Source of the DNA: Proteobacteria bacterium CG1_02_64_396
GTDB taxonomy: Bacteria > Pseudomonadota > MNWR01 > CG1-02-64-396
Direction of reading: 5' to 3'
Length of the DNA stretch: 64,000 bases
Assembly: GCA_001872725.1 (NCBI GenBank)
Contig: MNWR01000015.1
Span: forward strand, 3,257 to 67,256
Positions 50,435 to 59,976 of this stretch are shown here, one piece after another. A program made the position numbers and the translations under genes. The number at the start of each line of letters is the position of its first letter. The stretch's first letter is position 1. The notes beneath the pieces were generated by a model. That model was not told the origin of the DNA. It made no database searches and was given only the letters and a program-made list of their open reading frames with translations.

Positions 50435-52729
50435 TTAGGGGAATGGGGCCGTCATGATGATCGACTCGCCGTTGCAGTCGAGCCCGGCGATCAACATGCC
50501 CGAGGCGTCTTCGGATAGCCCCGTCAGGGCGCATGTGGAGGGTACTTCGAGCGGCAAGTTCATCGGGGCGACGCTCCAATGAGCGCCGTCGTTCGATAGG
50601 GCAAGGGTCGAAAAGGTGTAGAAATATCCCTGGCTTATAGAACCAACCCCAGCGAAACGACGCCCGGTCGACATGACATAGCCCATGGTGGCCGTGGTCG
50701 CCTGGGTCCAGGTTTGGCCGTCCGTGGTGGACCAAATCCCGGTTGTGGCTGAACTCCCCAATGTCGTTCCGGAGAGGGTGGCGGTTGAACCAATTCCAAG
50801 ACTTTGGACGACGGGATCCAGACTCCAATTGACCCCGTTGGGTGAGGTCAAGAGAGAGCGGGCACGCCATTGTGTCCCCTCCCAGATGGGGTCGTTGTAT
50901 CCCATAAAGGATTGGACTGTTCCCGACGGTGTGGCCTGCCAGCTCAGACCATCGCTGGAGGTGAGGACTTGAGTGGTGTGGCTAAAAATGTCCATCTGCA
51001 GAGCCAACCACTCTACGCCGTTCCATCCAATGGCCATCAACCGGGTCAAGGGTAAGGACGGGGTGCCCAACTGCCATACCGAGCCATCGATGCTTTGCAG
51101 CAGCGAGGTTCCGTTGGCGCTGTCGGCACTGGCCACCCAATACGAGCCGTTGTAGTTCAGGCCGCCATTGGGGGTGAATCCGAGGGGGAATGTTCCGGGT
51201 TGCCATTGCATCCCGTCGCTGGAGGCCAGTAGCCCACTGGTGTCGACGGCCATCCAACCTTGACCACCCTGTTTGAGGGTTTTGATGCCGCCCCCGATGG
51301 CGGTCCATGCCAGCCCATCGGCGGAGGTGTACCCCGAACCGTTGATGGCTGCGACCCAGAGTCCTCCGCCAAAGGCTAGATCGCTGGGGGTTCCCCTTTT
51401 GGGGGTCGCTCCTTGAGCCGTCCAAACGGCGCCGTTGTTGGAGGTGAGCCATACATTGCTGGCGCTGTCCCAGCCGCTGGCGATCCACAGGCCGTTGCCA
51501 TAGGTAATTTGGCTGTTCATCCCAACCAAGCCTGCGGGGAGGGTGGCGAGGGTCCAGGAGAGGCCGTCGGGCGACGTGAAGATCCCGGCTTGTCCCAGCG
51601 CATCGATGCCCTGCGCAACCCAGAGTCCGCCGCCATTGGTCAGGCTATTGAACGACAGGACTTGGGCAACGGCATGAGGGGTCCAGGCGACGCCGTCGGA
51701 GGAGGTCCAGCTCACTGCTGCTCCTAAAGCCGAACCGACGGCCAGCCATGTCGCGCCATCGAAGACGGCGGTACTGACCGACGCCGGGTTGTTGTTTGCA
51801 TCCACTGGTGCAGAGGAGATCCAGTTCAGGCCGTCGCTTGAATTCAGAAATTTGGACGCGCCGTTTATAAAGGCCGTCATAACCCACCGGGTCGTACCGT
51901 AATCGAGCGATTGGATTGTGGGGGAGGAGAACAAGGATAAAGAGGACACGCCGTCGATATTGATAAACGTTGGATTACTCCAGTTTTGCCCATTTTGGGA
52001 GAGTGTGGAGGAGATCGCTCCGTTGTTCACAATGCCCAGCCACTGATTGGCTCCCCAAGAGACGAGTTGAGTGGTATTGCAGTTCGTAGTCAGAAGAGAG
52101 CTGTTCCAACGGTGGCCGTCTTGGCTGGTTGCTGCGGTGTGTTGGCCGGTCTGATTGCCACATCCCATATACAACCACTGACTACCGTTGTGGCGTAGTG
52201 TCGCGTAGTTCATCGACGGCATTCCGGCTCGATACCGCACCGTCCATTGCGGCGCGGTACCGGTATTGACCAGGGTCGATGGGGTAAGCAAGGCGATGCC
52301 CGTTCCCCATCCGGTTGCCCCCTTGGGGCCGTAGAAGGTTGCGTTGGCGGTATCGAGATACAGGTCGCCGAGAGCGCCCAGCGACGGGCTAGGCGCACCG
52401 ACCCCGTTTAGAATGGTGTTGCCGTTGACACCGGTCGGCCCCTGCAGGGAGACCCCGCCTCCCCACCCGGCGGCGGTTTTGGGTCCGTACAGCAGGGCGG
52501 TGGCGGTATCGAGGTAGAAGTCGCCCTCAACGCCCAAAGTGTTGGAGGGTGCGCCGGTGCCGCTGAGGATGGTGTTGCCGTTGACGCCGGCGGGGCCTTG
52601 AGGTCCGGTCGGGCCCTGGGTCATGGTGTTGGCAGAGGGGGTCGTGGTGCTGGCCTGATTGCCGCCGATGCAGCTGCTCAGGAGCAACGCGACGCAAGCC
52701 AGCAGCGCTGCGTGACGAGAAAGGTTCAT
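50435..52729 (-). CDS. Secreted (possibly lipo-) protein with N-terminal collagen-like G-x-y repeats and multiple BNR/Asp-box repeats (sialidase-like beta-propeller).
   Basis: Signal/lipobox LLLSSCIGG. Two GPTGPQGPAGVNGNTIL repeats. More than 10 SxDGxxW motifs, for example SSDGVAWT, SPDGLSWT and SADGLAWT. Confidence 0.7.
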   Translation of the reverse strand: MNLSRHAALLACVALLLSSCIGGNQASTTTPSANTMTQGPTGPQGPAGVNGNTILSGTGAPSNTLGVEGDFYLDTATALLYGPKTAAGWGGGVSLQGPTGVNGNTILNGVGAPSPSLGALGDLYLDTANATFYGPKGATGWGTGIALLTPSTLVNTGTAPQWTVRYRAGMPSMNYATLRHNGSQWLYMGCGNQTGQHTAATSQDGHRWNSSLLTTNCNTTQLVSWGANQWLGIVNNGAISSTLSQNGQNWSNPTFINIDGVSSLSLFSSPTIQSLDYGTTRWVMTAFINGASKFLNSSDGLNWISSAPVDANNNPASVSTAVFDGATWLAVGSALGAAVSWTSSDGVAWTPHAVAQVLSFNSLTNGGGLWVAQGIDALGQAGIFTSPDGLSWTLATLPAGLVGMNSQITYGNGLWIASGWDSASNVWLTSNNGAVWTAQGATPKRGTPSDLAFGGGLWVAAINGSGYTSADGLAWTAIGGGIKTLKQGGQGWMAVDTSGLLASSDGMQWQPGTFPLGFTPNGGLNYNGSYWVASADSANGTSLLQSIDGSVWQLGTPSLPLTRLMAIGWNGVEWLALQMDIFSHTTQVLTSSDGLSWQATPSGTVQSFMGYNDPIWEGTQWRARSLLTSPNGVNWSLDPVVQSLGIGSTATLSGTTLGSSATTGIWSTTDGQTWTQATTATMGYVMSTGRRFAGVGSISQGYFYTFSTLALSNDGAHWSVAPMNLPLEVPSTCALTGLSEDASGMLIAGLDCNGESIIMTAPFP

Positions 52730-52785
52730 GTCCACTCCGTGTGTCCTTGAAAATGGGGTACGGCGGGGTTGTGTCGGGTCGGTGG

Positions 52786-52813
52786 GGAAGGGATGAAAAA
52801 AAAGCCCCCCTCG
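52786..52813 (-). terminator. Rho-independent terminator downstream of the PEGA-domain gene.
   Basis: GCCCCCC-TCGAAA-GGGGGGC hairpin followed on the minus strand by an 8-T run. Confidence 0.6.
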
Positions 52814-52840
52814 AAAGGGGGGCCTGTTGCATGGCTGGAC

Positions 52841-54589
52841 TTATTTATCGGGAATCAACTTCACCCGCATGCTGACATCGGCACCGCAAACCCGGATCCA
52901 CTGCCGCCAGGTTTGGTACCCTTCGGCGCTGACCTCCACGTCGTAACGACCGCACGACAAAGCGATGCCGGGGACGTAGCGGGGGACGATGTTCATCACC
53001 CGGATTTTGGCCTCGACGGGCTCGGGATAGAGGGTCAGGCGACCTTTGGCCATGGCGGCGTTGTCGGCGACCAAGGGGTCGTCAATCGCGCTGCCGACCG
53101 ACTCGTCCCCTTTGGGCATCAAGGCGGGGGGGGGCGGCGGGAGGTTCGGACGGGAACGGTCCTCTTTCACCCGGAAGGCGACCCGGATGGTCACCCCGTC
53201 GCCGTCGTTCATCAGCGACAACATCCGCAGACTGGTGACGTTGAGGTCGGGCAGTTGGGTCGGACGGCCATCATCTTTGCCGCTCTGGGCGTACATGCGC
53301 AGCGCCTCTTGTTGCACCCATTTGCTGCCGTCGAGCACCGAGCGCAGCGCCGCCTGATAGGGGCTGGTTAAGCCATCGAGCTCGCCGTGAAAGGCCCGCA
53401 CCACAACCCCCTCCCAGCTGGGGTCGATCTTGGTCATCCGGGCCTCCTCCTTCTCGTACTGCTCCTGAATCCCCCGGAATTCCAGCGCGGCGGCCTGCCG
53501 TGCCTGCTCGAAGGTGGCCAGCTTCTCTTTCTGGGTTTTGAGCAGCCCGGTCAACAGCTCTTTCTCGTTCTCAGCGGCCCGGATGGAGCGCTTGAGGTCT
53601 TCGATGAAGTGGTTGTGGGAATCCAGGGTGTCGCCCAGCGCCTTGGGTTGTAGGGCGTTGAACGACTCGGTGGCGTCGATGGCGGCGCGAGAGGCCGATA
53701 GATCGAGAACCCCCGATTGATAACCGGCATCGCTCAGCAGGGCGTCGAGATCACCCATCGAGCGGATCAGCTGCACCTTAACCCGGTCGGAGGGGCGTCC
53801 CTTCCTGGTGTTGCCGTCGTCGGCCCGGAAGGGGAAGTAGGCAAATCGCTTCAAACGCAGGAAGGTGGTCCCTTTGGTCCCGGCGTCGATTTGAATGCGT
53901 AGCGGCTGCTCTCCGGTCCAAAGCATCGCGCCATCGCCCAGGTTGCCGAGATAATCGGCCCCCATCTGTTGGTTGACCCGGTCGCGGGCGTTGCCGCCCA
54001 GGCTGGTCTTGGCTTGCATCAGGGGAATTTCGGCGGCGTCGTCGGCGAAGGTGTTCAACGAGCGATCGGTGTCGAACAGGCCACGGGTGTAGACCGAGGC
54101 GACCAAGATGTCGCCCCAATGGAACTCTTTGAGGTAGGCCTGGAGTTCAGCCTGACGGGCGGCGATGTCTTTGTGGAATTGCTCGATCCGCTTGCCGACC
54201 TGGTCAATGGCGGTCGAGGTGGCATCGACCCGGCGGGCCAGGTTGTCGCGGTTGTCGATGGCGGTTTGCAGTCGCTGGGCCAGAGTGTCGTAGCGGGACT
54301 GCACCGCCTGGAAGGCCTCGTACTGGCTCATGCGCTGCCGGTATTCGGCGTTGAGCTGATCGGCCTCTTTGCCCAGGGCCTTGAGCGCCTCCTGATCGTC
54401 GCCTGGTGAAGAGAAGGTCTGCACCTTTTGCAACGACAAGCGCAGCGATTGTTCCAGTCCTGCGCGGGTATCCTGCTTCACGGGGATCCAATCCGACCCC
54501 TCAGCCTGTCCAACGCCAAAGGCGATGGGGAGGAACAGAGAAAGGGCGGCGGCAAGCGAACGTCGAAGTTCGGCCATGGACGGCTCCAA
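52841..54589 (-). CDS. Periplasmic coiled-coil protein with a C-terminal PEGA-like domain.
   Basis: Signal peptide. Long heptad-rich central region. C-terminus KIRVMNIVPRYVPGIALSCGRYDVEVSAEGYQTWRQWIRV is PEGA-like. Confidence 0.55.
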   Translation of the reverse strand: MEPSMAELRRSLAAALSLFLPIAFGVGQAEGSDWIPVKQDTRAGLEQSLRLSLQKVQTFSSPGDDQEALKALGKEADQLNAEYRQRMSQYEAFQAVQSRYDTLAQRLQTAIDNRDNLARRVDATSTAIDQVGKRIEQFHKDIAARQAELQAYLKEFHWGDILVASVYTRGLFDTDRSLNTFADDAAEIPLMQAKTSLGGNARDRVNQQMGADYLGNLGDGAMLWTGEQPLRIQIDAGTKGTTFLRLKRFAYFPFRADDGNTRKGRPSDRVKVQLIRSMGDLDALLSDAGYQSGVLDLSASRAAIDATESFNALQPKALGDTLDSHNHFIEDLKRSIRAAENEKELLTGLLKTQKEKLATFEQARQAAALEFRGIQEQYEKEEARMTKIDPSWEGVVVRAFHGELDGLTSPYQAALRSVLDGSKWVQQEALRMYAQSGKDDGRPTQLPDLNVTSLRMLSLMNDGDGVTIRVAFRVKEDRSRPNLPPPPPALMPKGDESVGSAIDDPLVADNAAMAKGRLTLYPEPVEAKIRVMNIVPRYVPGIALSCGRYDVEVSAEGYQTWRQWIRVCGADVSMRVKLIPDK

Positions 54590-54840
54590 GCAGGAAAAAT
54601 CGGGAAATTACCACAGGGCTTCAAGGCCGATTATCCCAATTTTTTCTTATCCCGAAAGAGCATTACCGCCATTCATCCAAACTGATCCCTGCAATACCGA
54701 TATTTGGGGGGCGATGAGGGGGCGATAGCCCCCAACAATCCCGGTTCAGGTGTTGTGGGGATACGCCGATGAGCTCGACCCGAACGCCTCCCGTGAGCGT
54801 CCCCCCCTAGTTGAAGGGGGGACAGGTGGGATTTACAGGC

Positions 54841-55038
54841 GCTTCAATGACGGAGTTTTGCCTTGAATCAGCACGCCTGGCAAAAACCAAAAGTAGGCGC
54901 CCTGAAGCGGCGATGGTTTTTGCTTCGCTTGCAAAATCAGCAGAGCTTCGGGACGGGGTCGCCTCCTACTGACGTTCCTGATTTTGGCGGCCCATCCGTG
55001 GGCTGCTCGGAAGCGCTGAATCAATCAGCGCTCCCTTA
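54841..55038. repeat. MITE-like repeat, copy E, in the opposite orientation to the others.
   Basis: Contains the reverse complement of the core (CTGACGTTCCTGATTTTGGCGGCCCATCC). Ends ...AGCGCTGAATCAATCAGCGCTCCCTTAG. Confidence 0.6.
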
Positions 55039-56490
55039 GTGGGTGTGGAGCGGGTCGAAGTTTGGGGGGGCCGCCATCGCCTTGGCGAAGGCGAGGGCTA
55101 GAATATCGAGATCGGGCTGCTCTTCGATGGAGGACCAAGGCTCCCCTTTGCGGTAGAGCAGCAGGGCCGGTAGGTGGAAAACCTCCCATTCGGCGGTGAG
55201 CTGGCTGGCGTTGCCCCCCTCGACGGTGGCCAACAGCATGTCGTTGGGCATCCGCGCCCCCAAGCGGGGCCAGAGCGCCTCATAGGCTTTGCAACTGCCG
55301 CAGCCGGGGCTGGTGACCAACACCGCAGCCCAGGTGGCCTTTTGAATCAGCGGTTGCAGCTGGTATTCGTCTTTGGCGCAGGTGACGCCAGTGGGGATTT
55401 GGGCGCTGAGCGCCACCACCGCTCCGACAAAGAGCCCACTGTCGCCCCCCTCCAGCACGGTGAGCTGCGCGCTGTCGCCTCGCACCGCGTCGAGCCGAGC
55501 CCGGCGGGGGGGCAGCCCCGGCAGCATCAGGGTGAGCGCTCCGGTGTTGGCGGGGAGCTCGCCGCGCAGGGTCAACCGCACCTTGGGTCCCTCGTTCGAT
55601 CCGGCGGTGGCGTCGATTTCGGCCATGACGGCGTCGGTGGGCAGGTTGGTGGCACCCCGCACCGAGACCGTCATGTGGGAGCGGGGGAAGGTGCGGCACA
55701 GCAGGGTGATGTTGTCGGCTTTCTCTTCAGCGCTCAGGGCCCAGGGGAGCAGCCCCACCGTCTCGTAACGCCCCGCCAACACCTTGGTTTTGCACTGGCC
55801 GCACGATCCCGAGGCGCAATCGGCGGGAATCTCGATCCCCCCTTTTTGGGCGGCGTCGAGCAGGGTTTGGTCGCTGCCGCAGTTGAACGACCTGCCGGAG
55901 GGAGACAGGGTGATGCCGTAGGTGACCGGGATGTCGCCCCTGATGACCTGTATCCCCGCCTCTAGGGGGTCTTCCGGGCGATGGAACAGCTCCTTGACCC
56001 CGCTGAGCGATGTCCCCTCCAGCTTGGCCGATGAAAAATCGGTGCGGCTCAGGTCGGCCCGGTCGAGTTTGGCGTGAGAAAAATCGGTCCCGAGCAGGGT
56101 CGCCCCCGATAGGGAGGCAAAGGTAAGGTCGGCCCCCCTGAACACCGCGTTGGTCAAGTTGGCATCGCGCAGGTCGGCGCACGACAAATCGGCATCGGGG
56201 GCGCGGGCACCACGTAGATCGGCGTTGCGTAGGTTGGCATCTTCAAAATTGGCATCCTCAAGATTGGCCCAGACCAGCTTGGTGTGGCTCAGATTGGCGC
56301 CGCGCAGGTCACAGCCGCTCAGAATTGCGCCCTGTAAATCGAGGTTCGAAAGATCCAAACCGCTCAGATCGCGGTCGCTTAAATTCAGAGGAGCCTCCCC
56401 TTCGCGGGGTTGGTTCAGTAAGGTCTCCAGCTCTTGGCGGGTCAGGCTCATGTTGATGTCCTTGGCGATGTCGCGACTGGTGCTGGGCAC
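55036..56490 (-). CDS. Fusion protein: pentapeptide repeats, plant/adrenodoxin-type 2Fe-2S ferredoxin domain, and thioredoxin-like CxxC domain.
   Basis: About 35 A(D/N)LxG pentapeptide repeats. Ferredoxin cysteine pattern CASGSCGQC...LLC. C-terminal SPGCGSCKAYEALWP thioredoxin-like motif. Confidence 0.7.
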   Translation of the reverse strand: MPSTSRDIAKDINMSLTRQELETLLNQPREGEAPLNLSDRDLSGLDLSNLDLQGAILSGCDLRGANLSHTKLVWANLEDANFEDANLRNADLRGARAPDADLSCADLRDANLTNAVFRGADLTFASLSGATLLGTDFSHAKLDRADLSRTDFSSAKLEGTSLSGVKELFHRPEDPLEAGIQVIRGDIPVTYGITLSPSGRSFNCGSDQTLLDAAQKGGIEIPADCASGSCGQCKTKVLAGRYETVGLLPWALSAEEKADNITLLCRTFPRSHMTVSVRGATNLPTDAVMAEIDATAGSNEGPKVRLTLRGELPANTGALTLMLPGLPPRRARLDAVRGDSAQLTVLEGGDSGLFVGAVVALSAQIPTGVTCAKDEYQLQPLIQKATWAAVLVTSPGCGSCKAYEALWPRLGARMPNDMLLATVEGGNASQLTAEWEVFHLPALLLYRKGEPWSSIEEQPDLDILALAFAKAMAAPPNFDPLHTH

Positions 56491-56561
56491 AAGTTCAACG
56501 CGCAGCCCCTAGAATAGTAGAGTGAAATCATTGGGTATTGATCGGGGTGGACGGTCAAGCG

Positions 56562-57884
56562 ATGAATCGGTTCCAGCAAAAAATTGAGCTGCGCGATGGC
56601 GAGGCCCTGTTTCAGGTGGGTGGCTCGGTGCGTGATCGTTTGCTGGGGCGAACGCCAGCCGATGTGGATGGGGTGCTACTCACCCCCGACCCCGAGGGGG
56701 CGGGGGGGCGTCTGACCCAGGCGGGACTCGCGCCGGTGGTGGGACGCAACGGCGGTCGGGCTTGGCGGGGAAGGGGGATCGATCTGACCGTCTGGCCCCG
56801 AGAACCGGGGCAACCGGTCGAGGAGGCGCTGCGGCATGAGGCGTTGCAGCGCGATTTCACCCTCAACGCCCTCTACAGCCGCTGGGGTATTGAGGAGGTG
56901 ATCGACCCGCTTGGGGGTCAAGCCGATCTGCGCCGGGGGATCGTGCGGGCTACGGGGGCGGGGGCGTTGGTCCGCGATCCGGTCCGGGTGCTGCGTCTGG
57001 CCCGCTTGGCCTCAGGGTTGGATTTTCAGGTCGATCCGGCCACCTTGGCCTGGGCGCGGGCGGTCGATCCGGGTTTGGCGGCAGGGGAGCGCGTCGGGCG
57101 CGAGGTGCTTGCTTGGCTGACCCAGTCGGCGGCGCCGGGTAAGGGGTTGGATCTTTGGGCGGACAGCGGCGCCATCCGTGCGATTCCCGAGGTGGCGGCG
57201 CTGCAAGGGGTGGCGCAGCGGGCCGATTATCACCCCGAGGGGGATGTCTGGATCCACACCGGTCAGGTGCTGGACCGGGCGGCTCAGCTTGGCCAAGGGC
57301 TTGAGAGGGGAGCCCTTGGAGTGCTGATGCTCTCAGCCCTATTTCACGATGTGGGCAAGGCGATCACCACCCGCTGGGAGTTGGGGCGCTGGCGGGCGCA
57401 CGGTCACGAGGCGGTTTCCCGGGATTTAACTCAAAGTCGACTGAAGGGGTGGGGATTGGGCAACCGGGTGGTGGGGTGGACGGTCCGTTTGGTCGCCGAC
57501 CATGGCCGCCCGATGGCGTTGGCCCGCGATGGGGCCAGTTTGACCGGGTGGTGGCGGCTGCTCGATGGCCACCCTTGCCCCGAACTGCTCTTTCTGCTGG
57601 CCCAGGCCGACAGCCAGGGTCGGGTTGCTGCGGGGGAGGGGGAGCCATCTCCGCCCCTTTTCACGGCGGGGATGCCCTTTCGCGCCGCCCTCGACCGTTG
57701 GGGGCAGATCCCGATGTTGTCGGGAGGGCATTTGCTGGCCGCAGGTGTCCGACCGGGACCGGCGGTGGGACGGGGGCTGACCCTGCTGCGCCGCGCCGCG
57801 TTTCTAGGGCGTTGGCGCGAGGGCGAACCCATTGCCCCTTTGCTGCGTCAGGCAGGTTTGCTGGCGGGGCGCGCCAAAGGATGA
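56562..57884 (+). CDS. cca: CCA-adding tRNA nucleotidyltransferase with HD domain.
   Basis: GGSVRDRLLG...DVD polymerase-beta motif. HD motif LFHDVGK. An alternative TTG start lies at 56538. Confidence 0.8.
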   Translation: MNRFQQKIELRDGEALFQVGGSVRDRLLGRTPADVDGVLLTPDPEGAGGRLTQAGLAPVVGRNGGRAWRGRGIDLTVWPREPGQPVEEALRHEALQRDFTLNALYSRWGIEEVIDPLGGQADLRRGIVRATGAGALVRDPVRVLRLARLASGLDFQVDPATLAWARAVDPGLAAGERVGREVLAWLTQSAAPGKGLDLWADSGAIRAIPEVAALQGVAQRADYHPEGDVWIHTGQVLDRAAQLGQGLERGALGVLMLSALFHDVGKAITTRWELGRWRAHGHEAVSRDLTQSRLKGWGLGNRVVGWTVRLVADHGRPMALARDGASLTGWWRLLDGHPCPELLFLLAQADSQGRVAAGEGEPSPPLFTAGMPFRAALDRWGQIPMLSGGHLLAAGVRPGPAVGRGLTLLRRAAFLGRWREGEPIAPLLRQAGLLAGRAKG

Positions 57885-57907
57885 CCTCCACCCGTTGTTA
57901 CCCGATG

Positions 57908-58603
57908 TTACGAGACGGTCGTCGACCGCTTGTAGCGCAGATCGAAGATCTCCCTCCCCGCCCGTTTGCCCTTGCGCTCGAACCGGGTTTCGATTCGGTC
58001 GTCGTAGTGATTGCCCCAGAATTGTCCGCGTCCAGCCTGGTTTTCGAGCAGCGCCACCTCGTCGAGTACCTCAAGCATGTGCTGGGCGTATTCCTCCCAG
58101 TCGGTGGCCAAAATCAGCAAGCCCCCAGGCGCCAGCGCCGAGCCGATCGCCTGCATGAAGGGTGTTTGCACGATCCGCCGCTTGTGATGGCGCGCCTTGG
58201 GCCAGGGGTCGGCAAAGAGGATCGAAACCCGGTGCAGCTGCCCCTTGGGCAGGAGGGGCAAAAGATCTTGGGCCGCCCCCTGATAGAGCTTCAGCCGCCC
58301 CTCAACCCCCGCCGCGACCGCTTGATCGATCATCTGCGCAAGGCCCCGCTGGTAGATTTCGACCCCGATGTGCAGGTGATCGGGAAAACGCAGCAGATTG
58401 GCCAGTAGGTTTTCCCCCCCGCCGAAACCGATCTCCAGCACGATGGGCCGTTTGTCCTCAAGGCCTGTTTCGGGGACCAGGTAGTCGGGCAGGGTCTGTG
58501 CGATCAACCCCTTTTTGCGGGCCGAAAGATGCCCCCCTTTGCGACCGTAGGTTTTGGTGGTGGCGGGGGGCGCGGCGGTGTCGATGTCGGTCATGGGGAT
58601 CAA
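57908..58603 (-). CDS. trmB: tRNA (guanine46-N7)-methyltransferase.
   Basis: SAM-binding LEIGFGGGE. TrmB-specific C-terminal region. 231 aa. Confidence 0.9.
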   Translation of the reverse strand: MIPMTDIDTAAPPATTKTYGRKGGHLSARKKGLIAQTLPDYLVPETGLEDKRPIVLEIGFGGGENLLANLLRFPDHLHIGVEIYQRGLAQMIDQAVAAGVEGRLKLYQGAAQDLLPLLPKGQLHRVSILFADPWPKARHHKRRIVQTPFMQAIGSALAPGGLLILATDWEEYAQHMLEVLDEVALLENQAGRGQFWGNHYDDRIETRFERKGKRAGREIFDLRYKRSTTVS

Positions 58604-58605
58604 GG

Positions 58606-59976
58606 CTATGGGGTGGAGGGGGCGACCGTGCCGCCGACGGTGATGGCGACAATTTGATCGGGATGGAAATGCTTGCGCGCCACTGCCCGAACCTGATCTA
58701 GGGTCAGGGCGCGGATTTGCTCCAAAAAGCGCCAGGGACCGTCGGCACCCAGTCCCTGGAATTGGTCGACGGCAATCCGGTCGGCCACTTTTGATAGGGT
58801 GTCCATTTGTACCGGGAAGGAGCCGGTCAGGTAGCGGATGGCGGCGTCGAACTCCTCTTGGCTGGGGCCGTCGGCCGCCATGCGCACGATCTCGCGGCGG
58901 AGCAGGGCAGTCGCTTCGTCGCGGGTGGCGTTTTTGGTTTGCGCACCGGCGATGAAGGCGCCTCCGGCGTTGCCGCCGGTGAGGTAGCTGTAGGCCGAGT
59001 AGGCCAGCCCCCGTTTTTCGCGGATTTCATGCAGGATGCGGCTGGTGAAGCCCCCCCCCCCCAGGATGTAGTTGGCCACATAAAGGGCGGGGTAGTCGGG
59101 GTCGCCCCGGTCGATGGTCAAAAAGCCCATGAGGATGGTCGATTGCGACAAATCCCGGGTCGCCGTCTGCGCCTGGGGTTTGCTCCAGTTGGGCAGGCGG
59201 GGGATTGGGGCGACGAGCGGCCCTTTCCAGCCGTCCAGGGGGGCGAGCCATTGATCCAGGGTGGGGCGGTCGACATCGCCCGCCACCACCAGCACCGCCC
59301 CCTGGGGGGTGTAGAAGCGGTTGTGGAAGGCGACGATCTCGTCGCGGCTGCGGGCGGCGATTCCCTCCACGGTGCCATCGGGGTCATGGGCGTAGGGGTG
59401 ACCGGCAAAAAGCTGCGCCCTAAAAAGCATCGCCGCCTCGGTGTCGGGATCTTCAAGCGATTTGCGCCGCGCCGCCCCCAGGTCTCCCTTGATGCGGTCG
59501 ACATCGGCGGGGTCGAAGTTGGGGGTGCCCACCGTTTCGGCCAGTAGCGCCATGGCTTGGCCCCCCTCGCGGGACAGGGCGGTGACCGACACGGTGGTGG
59601 TGTCGCGCCCGACCCCGCCGTTGGCCCGAATCCCCAGCGATTCAAAGGCCTGCATCAGCTCAAGCCCCGGATGATCGTGGCTCCCCTCCCAAAGCAGCGC
59701 CTCGGTTAATGCCGCCAGCCCCGCTTGCCCCTCGGGCTCCCGCGAGGCGCCAGCCGGTAGGAGCAGCCGCACCGCGACCATCGGGTTGGCATGGTTTTCC
59801 ATCAAAACCACGGTCATGCCGTTGTCCAGCCCCCACGCCACAGGGCGGTTGCTCGGCGCGGTGGGAAGCGACGGAGTGACGGCGTCGGCAGGGGTGGTTT
59901 CGTCGGCTTGGGCCAGGGGGACCAGGGGCAGCAGCGTAGCCAGAAGCAGTCCGACAAGCGGGAAGCGGCGGATCAT
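58606..59976 (-). CDS. M16-family peptidase-like subunit, non-catalytic (no HxxEH motif).
   Basis: Insulinase fold with signal peptide. Partner of the upstream active subunit. Confidence 0.8.
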   Translation of the reverse strand: MIRRFPLVGLLLATLLPLVPLAQADETTPADAVTPSLPTAPSNRPVAWGLDNGMTVVLMENHANPMVAVRLLLPAGASREPEGQAGLAALTEALLWEGSHDHPGLELMQAFESLGIRANGGVGRDTTTVSVTALSREGGQAMALLAETVGTPNFDPADVDRIKGDLGAARRKSLEDPDTEAAMLFRAQLFAGHPYAHDPDGTVEGIAARSRDEIVAFHNRFYTPQGAVLVVAGDVDRPTLDQWLAPLDGWKGPLVAPIPRLPNWSKPQAQTATRDLSQSTILMGFLTIDRGDPDYPALYVANYILGGGGFTSRILHEIREKRGLAYSAYSYLTGGNAGGAFIAGAQTKNATRDEATALLRREIVRMAADGPSQEEFDAAIRYLTGSFPVQMDTLSKVADRIAVDQFQGLGADGPWRFLEQIRALTLDQVRAVARKHFHPDQIVAITVGGTVAPSTP

